DNA of 64,000 bases from NCBI GenBank assembly GCA_965228855.1, contig CBDDIJ010000003.1, positions 2,944,001-3,008,000 on the forward strand. The letters run 5' to 3'. Position numbers and translations under genes: made by a program. Under the pieces are notes generated by a model. It saw only the letters and a program-made list of their open reading frames with translations, had not been told where the DNA came from and searched no databases. Every line of letters begins with the position of its first letter. The first letter of the stretch is position 1. The DNA comes from Candidatus Obscuribacterales bacterium (GTDB taxonomy: Bacteria; Cyanobacteriota; Vampirovibrionia; Obscuribacterales; Obscuribacteraceae). Of this stretch, positions 1-10,039 are shown piece by piece.

Positions 1-1257
1 CAAATGTCCGCTGATCGCAGTTGATAAAACGAGATGTTTTTCGTCTGCTTTTGCCCCCAAAACATTGCGAACAGAATCGACAACCGAGCGCAAATCGAAC
101 TCTTCGTCCGCCAGTTCGGCGCGTCCAGCCTCAATCTTAGAGAAATCCAGAATATCCTGAACAATCTCCAGGAGCGCCTTAGAAGACGACTTGATGATGT
201 CAGCAAATTCGAGCTGATCGGAGCTGAGGTTTGTCTTCAGAAGCAATTCGGTGATCGCTACGACACTGTTTAACGGTGTTCTTATTTCATGACTCATGTT
301 AGCAAGGAAGCTCGATTTCGCCTTTGACGCTTCCATCGCCTGATCTCGAGCCAGCATCAATTCATCAGAGAGTTCCTTCAGCTGCCGGTTTCTGTCCTCA
401 AGCTCTCGGGTGCGCTCAAGTACGCGACCTTCAAGCATTGAATTGGCCGCTTGCAATTTCTCGTGCGCAATCTCCAATTGCTCATGCGCACGAGTTAGCT
501 CTAGCTCTGCCTGTTTCCGCTCCGTTATGTCTTCGTAAGTTCCGAGCGTTCCAATCACATTCCCTTCGTAATCGTGTAGTGGCACCTTTGTTGTGTCGAG
601 CCAGGCTTGTTTCCCATCGGCGTTTAGCTTCGGCTCGATTATGTGCTGGGTCGTGTTCGTCTCCATGACCTTACGATCCCACTCCACGAACCAATCGGAT
701 TCTTCTGGCTTCCAGGGACAATCGTAATCGGTTTTACCAAGCATCTCCGAAGGATGGCTAAAACCAGCATCCTCAGCTAATTTCATGTTACAGCCGAGAA
801 ATCGAGAGTCTCGGTCTTTCCACCAGATGCTGATCGGGAGAGTATCGATAATCAGTTGGAACATGTCCTGCAATCGCCTTGCACCAACCGGTGTCTCACC
901 GTCAAGCGGACAGGCGAAGGGGCTGTTGTTTCGGCGTCTTTCGTCGGCAAGTTGGGCTCGAAGCGAGGTAAGTTCTGCGATGAGTTCGTCCTTTGACTTC
1001 TCGCTATCCGCCTTGTTCGCGCCGTTGCCATTCTTTTCGAGGTTCGTGGAAATGCCGCGGTCCTTCTTGCTGAGATCCGCTCTGATTCCAGTTTGAGATT
1101 TTGACCTGGTGGTTCCAGAATTCAGCTTCGCATTGGTCGAGCCTGATTGCTGTTTAGCCCTGGAATTTTCAGTCTGCAGAGTTGCCTCCGAGCGTACACC
1201 GGAGGATTCTTCAGCGCTGCGTTCCAGCGCTTTGAGAATATGCTCTTGTTGGTCCAT
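1..1257 (-). CDS. PAS-domain sensor histidine kinase (3' end runs off the window)
   Basis: Not in the ORF track. Manual minus-strand translation from ATG at 1257 (MDQQEHILKAL) gives a PAS/PAC domain (IWWKDRDSRFLGCN...WLDTTKVPLHDYEGNVIGTLGTYEDITERKQAE), then an in-frame HisKA H-box (AKSSFLANMSHEIRTPLN) and DILDFSKIEAG. Confidence 0.9.
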   Translation of the reverse strand, partial: MDQQEHILKALERSAEESSGVRSEATLQTENSRAKQQSGSTNAKLNSGTTRSKSQTGIRADLSKKDRGISTNLEKNGNGANKADSEKSKDELIAELTSLRAQLADERRRNNSPFACPLDGETPVGARRLQDMFQLIIDTLPISIWWKDRDSRFLGCNMKLAEDAGFSHPSEMLGKTDYDCPWKPEESDWFVEWDRKVMETNTTQHIIEPKLNADGKQAWLDTTKVPLHDYEGNVIGTLGTYEDITERKQAELELTRAHEQLEIAHEKLQAANSMLEGRVLERTRELEDRNRQLKELSDELMLARDQAMEASKAKSSFLANMSHEIRTPLNSVVAITELLLKTNLSSDQLEFADIIKSSSKALLEIVQDILDFSKIEAGRAELADEEFDLRSVVDSVRNVLGAKADEKHLVLSTAISGHL

Positions 1258-1531
1258 TTTCTTTCCGTGTTTAGAATCTGAATAGGCTTCGATTCTTGAA
1301 CCTTTGCAAACAGCGAGTGTACCCAGAATATGCCCAGAACATCAGACTTCGAAGCGGGTCCGAGGCGTGGCGCTTTACTGAGAGATGTGCCAAATGCAAG
1401 ATGTGACGCTGTGCTGCGCGAGGTGTACCTCTTAACCTCCAGGTGTGGCGCTAGGGGCTCGATGCAATGCAGACAAGACCCGGGCTTGCTGCTAAAATCC
1501 CTGAGTGTTCAAGTAAAGGAAGTAGTTGGCA

Positions 1532-2035
1532 ATGGTTCAGAAGGTAGGCATAGGCAGCGACCACGCGGGCTTCGAAGCAAAAGAAGCAATCAAGAAATTT
1601 CTGACTGATGAGAACATAGAATTCGTGGATTACGGCACATTCTCCAAGGACTCTTGCGATTATCCCGACTACGCTCGCAAAGTAGCAGAAGCTGTATCAA
1701 CCGGAGAATGTGAGCGCGGCATCCTTTGCTGTGGCTCCGGCATCGGAGTTTCGATTGTCGCCAATAAAGTGCGGAAAGTGCGGGCAGCGCTTTGTCACGA
1801 CGTAGAATCCGCAAAACTCTCAAGACAGCACAATGACTCTAACGTCATTTGCTTCTCAGCAAGAACGACCCCTCCCGACGAAATCGAGAGTATGCTCAAG
1901 GCATGGTTCACGACGGCGTTCGAAGGCGGCAGACACAAGACGCGCGTCGAAAAAATCGAAAAACCTCGCGCCGGCGAAGAAGCCAAAGCCGGTGCCCATG
2001 AGGGCGAGACGCAGAGCTGGTATTCAATTCACTAA
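1532..2035 (+). CDS. rpiB: Ribose-5-phosphate isomerase B
   Basis: GSDHAGF, DYPDYA, CGSGIG, ANKV and R.HNDSNV motifs of the RpiB/LacAB family. Alternative TTG start at 1526. Confidence 0.95.
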   Translation: MVQKVGIGSDHAGFEAKEAIKKFLTDENIEFVDYGTFSKDSCDYPDYARKVAEAVSTGECERGILCCGSGIGVSIVANKVRKVRAALCHDVESAKLSRQHNDSNVICFSARTTPPDEIESMLKAWFTTAFEGGRHKTRVEKIEKPRAGEEAKAGAHEGETQSWYSIH

Positions 2036-2151
2036 CCCGAAGGCGAAGCGCTGTCTCGGTATTTAATTCGCTGGCTGCGAAAACGATGCGCAGAGGCGGT
2101 GTTTAATTAGTTCCGAATGCGAAACGCGAGCAGATGTTCAAATCAGTAAAA

Positions 2152-2655
2152 TCAGTAGGTCCGGCGATACCTGCCGGAAAGGACTGGCTTGCGAGAGTGG
2201 GTTCTATAAGTCTCCTCTCGGCGCCAAACCGCAAAAGATTCCTGCACCAGATTTCCGTCACTATCGAATGCAGGGCCCAGTAAAGTCGAAGGCGGCTGCT
2301 TCTTCAGCCACTCATATTCGAACCGGCTGAGACACTCGACGAAACCGGGCACTTTTAGAGCCTCTTCTATGCTCACACATCGTCGGTTGCTGCGGCCACG
2401 TTCCAATACCACGGCGATGCAAGCGGTTCTCCTGGTGGCGCCACTGGTATCAATGACTCTTTTCTCCACGTTGTACGAATTGCCGACCAGAATATAGTTT
2501 CGCCCGGGCCACGCTTGGTTGGTTTTGAAAGACTTCAAACTATCGCGCGTGTAGAGCAGTTCCTCGGGACTTTTACGGATGGAAACTTGCTCGTCAGTAC
2601 TGAGCGCTTCCTTCATGTTGCCGATCAGTTTCTCAATCTCACGCGTTTTGGTCAT
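2152..2655 (-). CDS. Hypothetical protein
   Basis: ORF 2152-2814. ATG at 2655 (MTKTREIEK) follows a GGAGGGG Shine-Dalgarno sequence. No recognisable motif. Confidence 0.55.
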   Translation of the reverse strand: MTKTREIEKLIGNMKEALSTDEQVSIRKSPEELLYTRDSLKSFKTNQAWPGRNYILVGNSYNVEKRVIDTSGATRRTACIAVVLERGRSNRRCVSIEEALKVPGFVECLSRFEYEWLKKQPPSTLLGPAFDSDGNLVQESFAVWRREETYRTHSRKPVLSGRYRRTY

Positions 2656-2885
2656 GACAAAATCCCCTCCCGAACAGGAGTAAAAAAACAGCTTCATTTC
2701 TCTCCTATTTTTCTTCCACTGCACATGATTCGATAAACCCATCGCTAACTTGCGGAAGCAAGCTGTTACAAGCACAGAAATTGAGATTGTGGGATACAAC
2801 GAAACGGCAGTCACAATGCGCTCACGTTGGCAGAGTAAGTTTTATTAGCTGTTCCAAATCCTTACCAAAGATATCATCAAGCCTG

Positions 2886-4655
2886 ATGGCGAATAGAGAA
2901 GTTTCTGATACCACCAGTGGGAGCAGTGCTGAACGCACATCCAGCGGTGCTGCCGGTCTGACCGACCGCCCGGAACAGGGCGACAAATTGAGCGACCTCA
3001 ACCAGGTTGAATCGTCGAAGGAACTTAGCCTGACAGGCGAACGCCCGGAAGAAAACCTCAACATCATTAAGAACCTGAACAATAAGTCAGCGACAACGAT
3101 GCCCAGAGAATTCGCGGGCAGCGATTTCACCTTGATTGATGGAGCGGATGAGCGGCAAAATGCCAAAACAGGTGATACTCCGGCGCCTAACCAGGAAGAG
3201 CATGATGTCGCTCGCGGTGACAAGCGCACCGGCAAACCATTCGACCAGAGTGCGATTGCCGCCACCACTCGCGATACTACGCTCGACAAGTCAATCGAAC
3301 GAACAAAAATTGGTGATACCGAATTTGCTGTCACAAGATCCGTAGACGGCAAACCGACAGAGTTCACAGACCGAAGCGGGACCTGGAGAGCACAGAACGA
3401 TGGAGAAACCTTCGTCAACACAGGCGATAAGGACCAACCGCGCTTTATGCGTGGAACTCCGACTATCGACGCTGAAGGCAATTTCAGTTTTAAAAACTCA
3501 GACTTCGGAACTACTCAAACCCATTTTAGAAACGGACACTCTCGCACGGAAATCGAAAGCTCAGACGGTCGGAGAATCTCGTTAGAAAGAAACTCTAATG
3601 GTATAGCCACTCGCATCGAAGATCGAACCGGCACTTGGACCAGTAACGACGGGAAGAACTGGCGTAACGAGACCGGAGCAACAAAAAACGGTTCTCCGTC
3701 CATAGACGCCAACGGTGAATACACTTTCAGAGATCGAAGCGGCAAGACTGAAAAGACAGAATCGAAAGAGCTAAGTGAGGCTAAAAAACTTCAAGAAGAA
3801 ATCAGTCGAAAGTATGGTGTCGAAATTTCTAAGCCGGGTGAGAAACTAGAGGAAGGCGCGACCGTTCAGCCATCGGCAAGAGAACTGCGAGCCCTCGATG
3901 ACACTTTGGATCGGTCAAAACAAATGGATATGTTGAGCGGTAAAGACGGAGACAAAGACCGCAAGCCATTGAAAATTTCATTTTTCGGTCCGGATGCTAA
4001 AGGTACCCACGGCGAAGGTTTCGGGGTATACGCAGATGACGCTCTCGGCATCTTCCAGAACTCACGCATAAATCCCGAGGGCTGGCTCGGACTTAAAGGA
4101 GTGGGACTGCATGAGTTGGTGCATCACGAGCAAAGCAAAATGAGTTCCGACGACTGGCGCGGAAAAAATCCGGGTCCGGAAATCGAACAACTCAGAGAAG
4201 CATTTGGATGGAAATATCATCAAAAGTTTGGTCCCGTGATGTTGGACAAGGACGGTGGCATGTGGAGCCCCACGTCACGCGGCAACCACGATCATGAAGG
4301 TGGACCGTCAACTAGCTGGGTCTGGGTTGACGGTACGAAACTTCAGAAAGGCGATAAGCACACCATCAATGGTTCGGAAATGTCCGAACGAGCCAGGGTT
4401 AAGCAGGCAAGCGAATATAATTCCAGTCCCTACGAAAGTCACGCTGAGGCAGCATCGTTGCTTCGTCACGATCCGGGCGAGCTAGCTAAACGCGCGCCGG
4501 AAGTGTACAGAGCAGTTCGCGATTGGGATCAAACGAAAATCAACAAGGTCTTTGGTGAAGGTAAAATGATAAGAGGTATCAATGGCAAAATCGTTCAGGA
4601 TAATGCCGAAAACCGCCAGGCCCGCCAGGAGATGGAGAGACGATTCGGCATCTAA
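2886..4655 (+). CDS. Putative zincin metallopeptidase with disordered N-terminus and two beta-rich repeats
   Basis: HELVH (HExxH, 4110-4124) and downstream YESHAEAA...PGELAKRAPEVY. Two ~55-aa repeats (DRxGTW...DG...G.P.IDA.G). Start placed at the ATG of MANREV; the ORF is open from 2781. Confidence 0.65.
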   Translation: MANREVSDTTSGSSAERTSSGAAGLTDRPEQGDKLSDLNQVESSKELSLTGERPEENLNIIKNLNNKSATTMPREFAGSDFTLIDGADERQNAKTGDTPAPNQEEHDVARGDKRTGKPFDQSAIAATTRDTTLDKSIERTKIGDTEFAVTRSVDGKPTEFTDRSGTWRAQNDGETFVNTGDKDQPRFMRGTPTIDAEGNFSFKNSDFGTTQTHFRNGHSRTEIESSDGRRISLERNSNGIATRIEDRTGTWTSNDGKNWRNETGATKNGSPSIDANGEYTFRDRSGKTEKTESKELSEAKKLQEEISRKYGVEISKPGEKLEEGATVQPSARELRALDDTLDRSKQMDMLSGKDGDKDRKPLKISFFGPDAKGTHGEGFGVYADDALGIFQNSRINPEGWLGLKGVGLHELVHHEQSKMSSDDWRGKNPGPEIEQLREAFGWKYHQKFGPVMLDKDGGMWSPTSRGNHDHEGGPSTSWVWVDGTKLQKGDKHTINGSEMSERARVKQASEYNSSPYESHAEAASLLRHDPGELAKRAPEVYRAVRDWDQTKINKVFGEGKMIRGINGKIVQDNAENRQARQEMERRFGI

Positions 4656-4746
4656 ATGCAATTTTCCAGGCCGCACTGTATAGTATGAATTCGCAAAGCG
4701 ATCAAAAGTCTTAGACGCGTGGGTTGCGAATATACAGACAAACGCC

Positions 4747-5916
4747 GTGAGATATTTAGTAACTCCTTCAGCCTACAAAGGTTCGTTCTCGCCAACGCAG
4801 ATAGCGAACGCCATTAGTGACGGTATCAAACGTTTTAACCCAGACAGTGAATTGGTTTTAGCGCCGATTGCAGATGGTGGCGATGGCACGATCGAAGCAC
4901 TGAGGGTCGGCACAGGCGGGGTTGTTCAAACTATCAATGTTCAAGGTCCGACAGGACAAGAAGTCACGGCTCAGTGGCTCGAGGTTGAGCACTCACCTGA
5001 CACTGATGAAGATTTTTCATTCGTTCATCCTGACGATCGGAAATCAAAACCGCTTGCAGTTGCAGAACTCGCCTCAGCTTGCGGACTGGCTTACATAGCG
5101 CCTGATGACCTGGCTCCACTGGACTCAACTACTGTCGGCGCCGGAGAAGTTTTGAAACATCTGATCGCAGCGGGACATCGCAACATCGTTCTCGCAGTAG
5201 GAGGTAGTGCCTCTACGGATGGTGGCACAGGCATTTTGCATGCACTGGGAGCTCGCTTCTTCGACACGGAAGGGAACGCCGTGCCTCCCGGTGGAAGAAG
5301 CTTACTCAACATAAAATCCGTAGACCTCTCCGCGCTCGAAGTTTGGAAACGTGGACTTCGCCTGCGGGTTGCAACCGATGTCATAAACCCGCTGCTCGGA
5401 GCGGATGGCGCAGCAGCAATCTTTGCGCCACAGAAGGGAGCATCACCTGCGGATGTGGATCTTCTGGAAAACGGCCTTCGCAACCTTGCCGACATCCTTG
5501 AATCGCACACGGGGAAATTGGCTCGCGATTTGACTGGGGCTGGTGCCGCCGGCGGTGTGCCGTTTGGACTGGCTGTAGCACTTGATGCCGAGATTATTCC
5601 CGGGTTTCGATGGATAGCAAGCCTGCTCGACCTCGACGCGAAAGTGCAAAACGCTGACGTGGTTATCAGTGCCGAGGGCAGCCTGGATAGTCAATCAGTC
5701 AGTGGCAAGGCAACTGGAGAACTTGCACAGATGTGCAAGGAGAGGAACAAGCCTCTCTGGGTGGTTCCAGCAATCATGCAACCTAATATCTACTGGCCGA
5801 CTTTCGGCATCGCGAAAGTAAAGGCAAGCGCTCACGATGGAAATCTAGCGACAATCGAAGACGTCGCTGATGCAGCTTACCAACTTTGCTTAGAGCTATC
5901 GAATGAGGTTACTTAG
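4747..5916 (+). CDS. glxK: Glycerate kinase (GlxK/GarK family)
   Basis: P.AYKGS, PIADGGDGT, ELASACGL, GGSASTDGGTG, DVINPLLG..GAA.IFAPQKGA, GAGAAGG and EGSLDSQS..GK motifs. Confidence 0.92.
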   Translation: MRYLVTPSAYKGSFSPTQIANAISDGIKRFNPDSELVLAPIADGGDGTIEALRVGTGGVVQTINVQGPTGQEVTAQWLEVEHSPDTDEDFSFVHPDDRKSKPLAVAELASACGLAYIAPDDLAPLDSTTVGAGEVLKHLIAAGHRNIVLAVGGSASTDGGTGILHALGARFFDTEGNAVPPGGRSLLNIKSVDLSALEVWKRGLRLRVATDVINPLLGADGAAAIFAPQKGASPADVDLLENGLRNLADILESHTGKLARDLTGAGAAGGVPFGLAVALDAEIIPGFRWIASLLDLDAKVQNADVVISAEGSLDSQSVSGKATGELAQMCKERNKPLWVVPAIMQPNIYWPTFGIAKVKASAHDGNLATIEDVADAAYQLCLELSNEVT

Positions 5917-8437
5917 TCGGCTTGCCGAACACAGCTTTGAGGTTAGAGAAAACACCACCAGCTACGACCGGGCTCTTGCCAGCCATCGAATTAGCCGTTG
6001 CCGCAGCATCATTTGCCGTCGCCACATTGTGAGTCATAGAACCAGCATCAATTGCCGTTTGAGGTGTCGCGGCGTAAGCGGCTCCAGGACCGGCTTCGAT
6101 TGGCGTCGAGTTCGCTGGAACTACCGGCAGTCCCTTGGTTTGCGCAATCGGTTGTTCGAAAGCTGCCGAAGAATTTGCATTCATCTGTCCAAGAGTTTGA
6201 GAATCCGGATAGCTTGATATAGATTCCGGAGCGATTTGTTGAGGAGCAAAGTGCTCGGCTCCAGCAGCACTATATTCGGTGCCCTGCATACTCTTAATAG
6301 GTTCAGCATTCATAGCCCCGCTCATATCAGCCGAAACCGGTTGAGCCGCTTGAGCCGATGGAGCAGCCATAGCGCTCGGGTCAACGGACGGAGCCGCTGG
6401 AGCAATCGAGCTGGAAGCTACCGAACCAGCGGCCGAACCGCCGGTAGGAATTTGCAACTGCTGACCGGGATGAATCAAGCTCGGGTTAGCGCCGATCACA
6501 TCTTTGTTCAGATTGTAGATATCACCCCAGTTTTTGCCTTCGCCGAGCATATCGTGCGAGATGTCCCAGAGGTTGTCACCTGGTTTAACCGTGTAGTTGG
6601 TCAATGAAGTCGTACCAGCGTTGGCGATTTCAGAACCGCCGCCCGGCAGTTGAAGTGTGGTACCTGGATAAATTAAGTCAGGATTTTGACCGATCAGGTT
6701 CTGGTTCAACTGATAGATCTCTTGCCACTTGGTTCCGCCGCCAAGCTGATCTTTAGCGATGTTCCAGAGACTGTCACCTTTTTGAACTACATACTGAGTC
6801 GCTGCCGTCGAATCGGTAGCGGCGATTTGCGTGCCATCAGCGATGGTGCCGTCTTGACCGACCGCATTCGGATCGACTTGCTCAGACTGTTGAGCAACCG
6901 CTTCGTTTTTAGGCGCTGAGTGCTTCGGAGCTTCAGCGACATGCTTGGCTTCAACATGTTTCGGAGCTGCATGTTTCGCGGCTTCATGAGAAACTTTCGG
7001 AGCTGCATCTCCAGCCGGTTTATTAGCACCAAGATTTGAAACCTTTTGCGAGGATGCGCTCGCCAGTTTTCCGCTTGCACCGTGGGCGGTGTTGGTAGCG
7101 GCCGACTTAGGTGCATCGAGCGAATCGAGGCTGAGCTGTTTAGCCTTCAGACCTGTAACATCACCACCGGACATTGATGCTTGACGGAATTGACTGGAAT
7201 CGGCGCCGCTCAAAGTTGGTTTGAAAGATTGAGTGGGCTGATCCATCGCGATCAGATTATCGTTATTGCCGACATAACCGGACGGTCCGTAGGTTGCTCC
7301 CGATGCGTCGGTATTGGGCATCGAGTTCATTCCGCCGTAACCGACATCCTGACCCATTCCGCCATTCATGCTGTAGCCGACGTCGTGACCGGCATTCGGT
7401 GCAAAGGAAGTCTTCAAATTGTTAGCCAACTGAGGAGCGCCTTCGAAACGAGCATTATTAAGGAAGCTTCCAGGCTGGCTGTAGGCATGTCCTTGCGACA
7501 TCGGGCTCAAGCCATGTGACATCGAGTTGTTGGCGACAGTGCTAGCACCGGTCGTTCCGAGCGGAGACTTGGTCGCCAGATTCATACTATTAAATGAACC
7601 GCCACCGGCAAGTCTATCGGAGAACAATCTGGTGTTGGTAGCAACGTGATTTGCGGAACCGACGTCTGTGAGGCTCGGACCAGATAGATGACCAGCTGGC
7701 ACGTCAGCAGGGACGGCACCCGCTCCGGCACCGGTTTCATAAACCGCGGTCTGCGGCGTCAGCTCACCACCAACGTTGAGTGAATTGGTTTGCATAGCAT
7801 CGACGCCTGACTTGGCGAGCGTACTATATTGATTGCCGAGCGATAGATTCAGTTTTGCCGAAAGCAGGTCGGACCCGAACATCGGCTGACCGAAGTTGGT
7901 CAAAGACGAAAGAATCGGAGCATTTGCCGGGAGCATGGACATCATGCTGATTGTGGGCATGTGAGCTGCCGTGGAAGAGAAGGCGGCTGCCGCATGCTGG
8001 GCCCACATTGCCGGGCTGAGCAAATCGAACCATGTGGTCGGATTAAAAAATGCTGCGAAGAAGTCGAAAATCGAACTTACGAAGCCCATAGCACCGGGCA
8101 TCTTCAAAATCATCTGAATCAAGGGGGAGATTGGTTCTGCACCGGGAGCAGCTGTGAGAGCGGTCGCTTCGAGCCCACCGGTAGGCGGCATCATCGCCAT
8201 TGCTTCGGTGCCTGCCATCGGCGCCGGAGGTGCAGCGATACCCTGGATATCCAGTCCCGAAAGAGCCTGACTGGCTACGCCGCCATCAGCCGGTTGGAAG
8301 AACTGGTTTGCTCTAGCGAAATCAGCACCCGAAACGTTTGAGAGACTGGCTTGCGAGAGTTCAGGGGACCCCGACAATGCGGAAGAGCCGGCATCTGGTA
8401 CCGAGCTCATTGCGGAATCTGTTGGTCTGAATGTCAT
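5909..8437 (-). CDS. Large low-complexity protein with two LysM domains
   Basis: Two LysM units: YVVQKGDSLWNIAKDQLG...NPDLIYPGTTLQLP and YTVKPGDNLWDISHDMLG...NPSLIHPGQQLQIP. Its 3' end overlaps the glycerate kinase 3' end by 8 bp. Confidence 0.85.
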   Translation of the reverse strand: MTFRPTDSAMSSVPDAGSSALSGSPELSQASLSNVSGADFARANQFFQPADGGVASQALSGLDIQGIAAPPAPMAGTEAMAMMPPTGGLEATALTAAPGAEPISPLIQMILKMPGAMGFVSSIFDFFAAFFNPTTWFDLLSPAMWAQHAAAAFSSTAAHMPTISMMSMLPANAPILSSLTNFGQPMFGSDLLSAKLNLSLGNQYSTLAKSGVDAMQTNSLNVGGELTPQTAVYETGAGAGAVPADVPAGHLSGPSLTDVGSANHVATNTRLFSDRLAGGGSFNSMNLATKSPLGTTGASTVANNSMSHGLSPMSQGHAYSQPGSFLNNARFEGAPQLANNLKTSFAPNAGHDVGYSMNGGMGQDVGYGGMNSMPNTDASGATYGPSGYVGNNDNLIAMDQPTQSFKPTLSGADSSQFRQASMSGGDVTGLKAKQLSLDSLDAPKSAATNTAHGASGKLASASSQKVSNLGANKPAGDAAPKVSHEAAKHAAPKHVEAKHVAEAPKHSAPKNEAVAQQSEQVDPNAVGQDGTIADGTQIAATDSTAATQYVVQKGDSLWNIAKDQLGGGTKWQEIYQLNQNLIGQNPDLIYPGTTLQLPGGGSEIANAGTTSLTNYTVKPGDNLWDISHDMLGEGKNWGDIYNLNKDVIGANPSLIHPGQQLQIPTGGSAAGSVASSSIAPAAPSVDPSAMAAPSAQAAQPVSADMSGAMNAEPIKSMQGTEYSAAGAEHFAPQQIAPESISSYPDSQTLGQMNANSSAAFEQPIAQTKGLPVVPANSTPIEAGPGAAYAATPQTAIDAGSMTHNVATANDAAATANSMAGKSPVVAGGVFSNLKAVFGKPTK

Positions 8438-8660
8438 AAAACCGCGTTACCTGCAATTCCTTGAGAATCTGCACTAAATTTAGCCTTTGTGAGGGTTTCC
8501 GCCAATGGTGGAATTCCCACGGCGACCTTGTTTATATGGGACAAACACGCCCTTGAAAACCACCAGATTGGCAGTTCGGTTATTTTGTTTTTTAGAGTCG
8601 CAACTTTACCAACCTGTTACCATGAACGGCGTAGTTCACCGTAATCGAGAGAGGCAGCCA

Positions 8661-9968
8661 GTGACGGCGTTTATGACAGTTTCGAAACTAAACCGATTTT
8701 CCGTTTCACTAGCCCTGTCGATTGCCTTTTCTCTAACTGCTGTGAAAGCGGGCGCCGCGGCTCAAACAACGCCCGCCGCAACACCATCAGGCGCCCCGAA
8801 CGAAGCGGCAGCGCCCGTCGTGAGCCTGACCTCTCAGGCCCTCAACCAGAAGGGGCAAAACTACAAAATGTCGCCGGACGACAGTACCTGGCGAGAGTTT
8901 CTCGAAACTCTTCGTATCTACCTGACTGATGTTCGCACACTTAAGGCGCCCTCGACAGCGGTTATCGGGCAAAACAAAGCACTCAAGGACATGCAAGCCC
9001 GAGTCCTGGACGCTGGTGGCGCGAGAGTCTGGACTTTCCCTGGCTCACAACACAATCACAGCCTGGTCATTCAGTCGGCGGGCTCGACTACACCAGAGGG
9101 CACAACAGGCGCGAGAGTTTCAATCGTACCGGTTCCGGAAACAGCCAACGTCACAGCCGCAAAAATCATCAGGTCTTTTACAACCACGACGAAACCGATG
9201 AAAGTTGGCAGACATAAAGTCGTGCAAAAGACGGTGAAAGTCGAAGGACCAAGCATGCTTTGCGTGGCGGGACTCGACCGAGTTTCCGGTCTGGTTTACC
9301 TGGGCGCTTTCAAACCGGTTGCCGGAGCATGGGTGGCAACCAGCGAGCCATTCTCCCAGATTCCATCACACTTTATGCAGTCTCTATCCGGTCAGGCGAG
9401 CTTCTCCGGCAACGACCTGGTGTTGTCGGTTTCATCGCAAAATTCCGCGCCGCCAAGCGAGAATGCCAACGGCAACACGCTCCCGCGGCCGAAGTCGACT
9501 TCCTATCAAATCGTCTTGAAGTTCAACGGTGGTCACTTCCAACTGGCGGGTAGCCCTGGCAAAGACGTTCCGCTCTCGGTGGTGTCTTACTTTGTGCAAT
9601 GCGTGCGGACCAATCGCATGGATCTAGCCAAAGCATGGGTCGCCGACCCGCTTTTGATCAACAACATGAAGTATGCAGGCTTGATTGGTAAAAACGGAGA
9701 CCCTTACAAACTCGTTGCCATGACACAGCCGCCAAATGCGTACGCGCGCTATCGACTGGTCACAGGAACCAAGTACGACTTGATTTTCGATGTCGGCAAG
9801 GTCAAAAAAGACATTCTGATCAAAGCTATTTTCATAGCGCCGCCGGACAACCTCGCCCGCAACCTTGCCGGTACGATGATCGGCGCACCAGTAACGCCTC
9901 CGGCAACGGTCGACGCAGGCGCCGCGCCCGCGACGCCCGCTGCCACAGCGCCGAAGGCGGAACACTAG
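8661..9968 (+). CDS. Hypothetical exported protein
   Basis: Long ORF (open from 8505). GTG at 8661 follows GAGAGG. Signal-peptide-like stretch KLNRFSVSLALSIAFSLTAVKAGA. Confidence 0.7.
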   Translation: MTAFMTVSKLNRFSVSLALSIAFSLTAVKAGAAAQTTPAATPSGAPNEAAAPVVSLTSQALNQKGQNYKMSPDDSTWREFLETLRIYLTDVRTLKAPSTAVIGQNKALKDMQARVLDAGGARVWTFPGSQHNHSLVIQSAGSTTPEGTTGARVSIVPVPETANVTAAKIIRSFTTTTKPMKVGRHKVVQKTVKVEGPSMLCVAGLDRVSGLVYLGAFKPVAGAWVATSEPFSQIPSHFMQSLSGQASFSGNDLVLSVSSQNSAPPSENANGNTLPRPKSTSYQIVLKFNGGHFQLAGSPGKDVPLSVVSYFVQCVRTNRMDLAKAWVADPLLINNMKYAGLIGKNGDPYKLVAMTQPPNAYARYRLVTGTKYDLIFDVGKVKKDILIKAIFIAPPDNLARNLAGTMIGAPVTPPATVDAGAAPATPAATAPKAEH

Positions 9969-10039
9969 AAGCGGTTTCAATCTCTTTAAACAGAAAAGAT
10001 GCTTTGTTCTACATTTAGATAAGAACCAGATCCAAATAT

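Noticed and set aside
34..1096. Plus-strand ORFs 34-273, 324-668 and 785-1096
   Set aside because: They lie opposite the clear minus-strand PAS histidine kinase.
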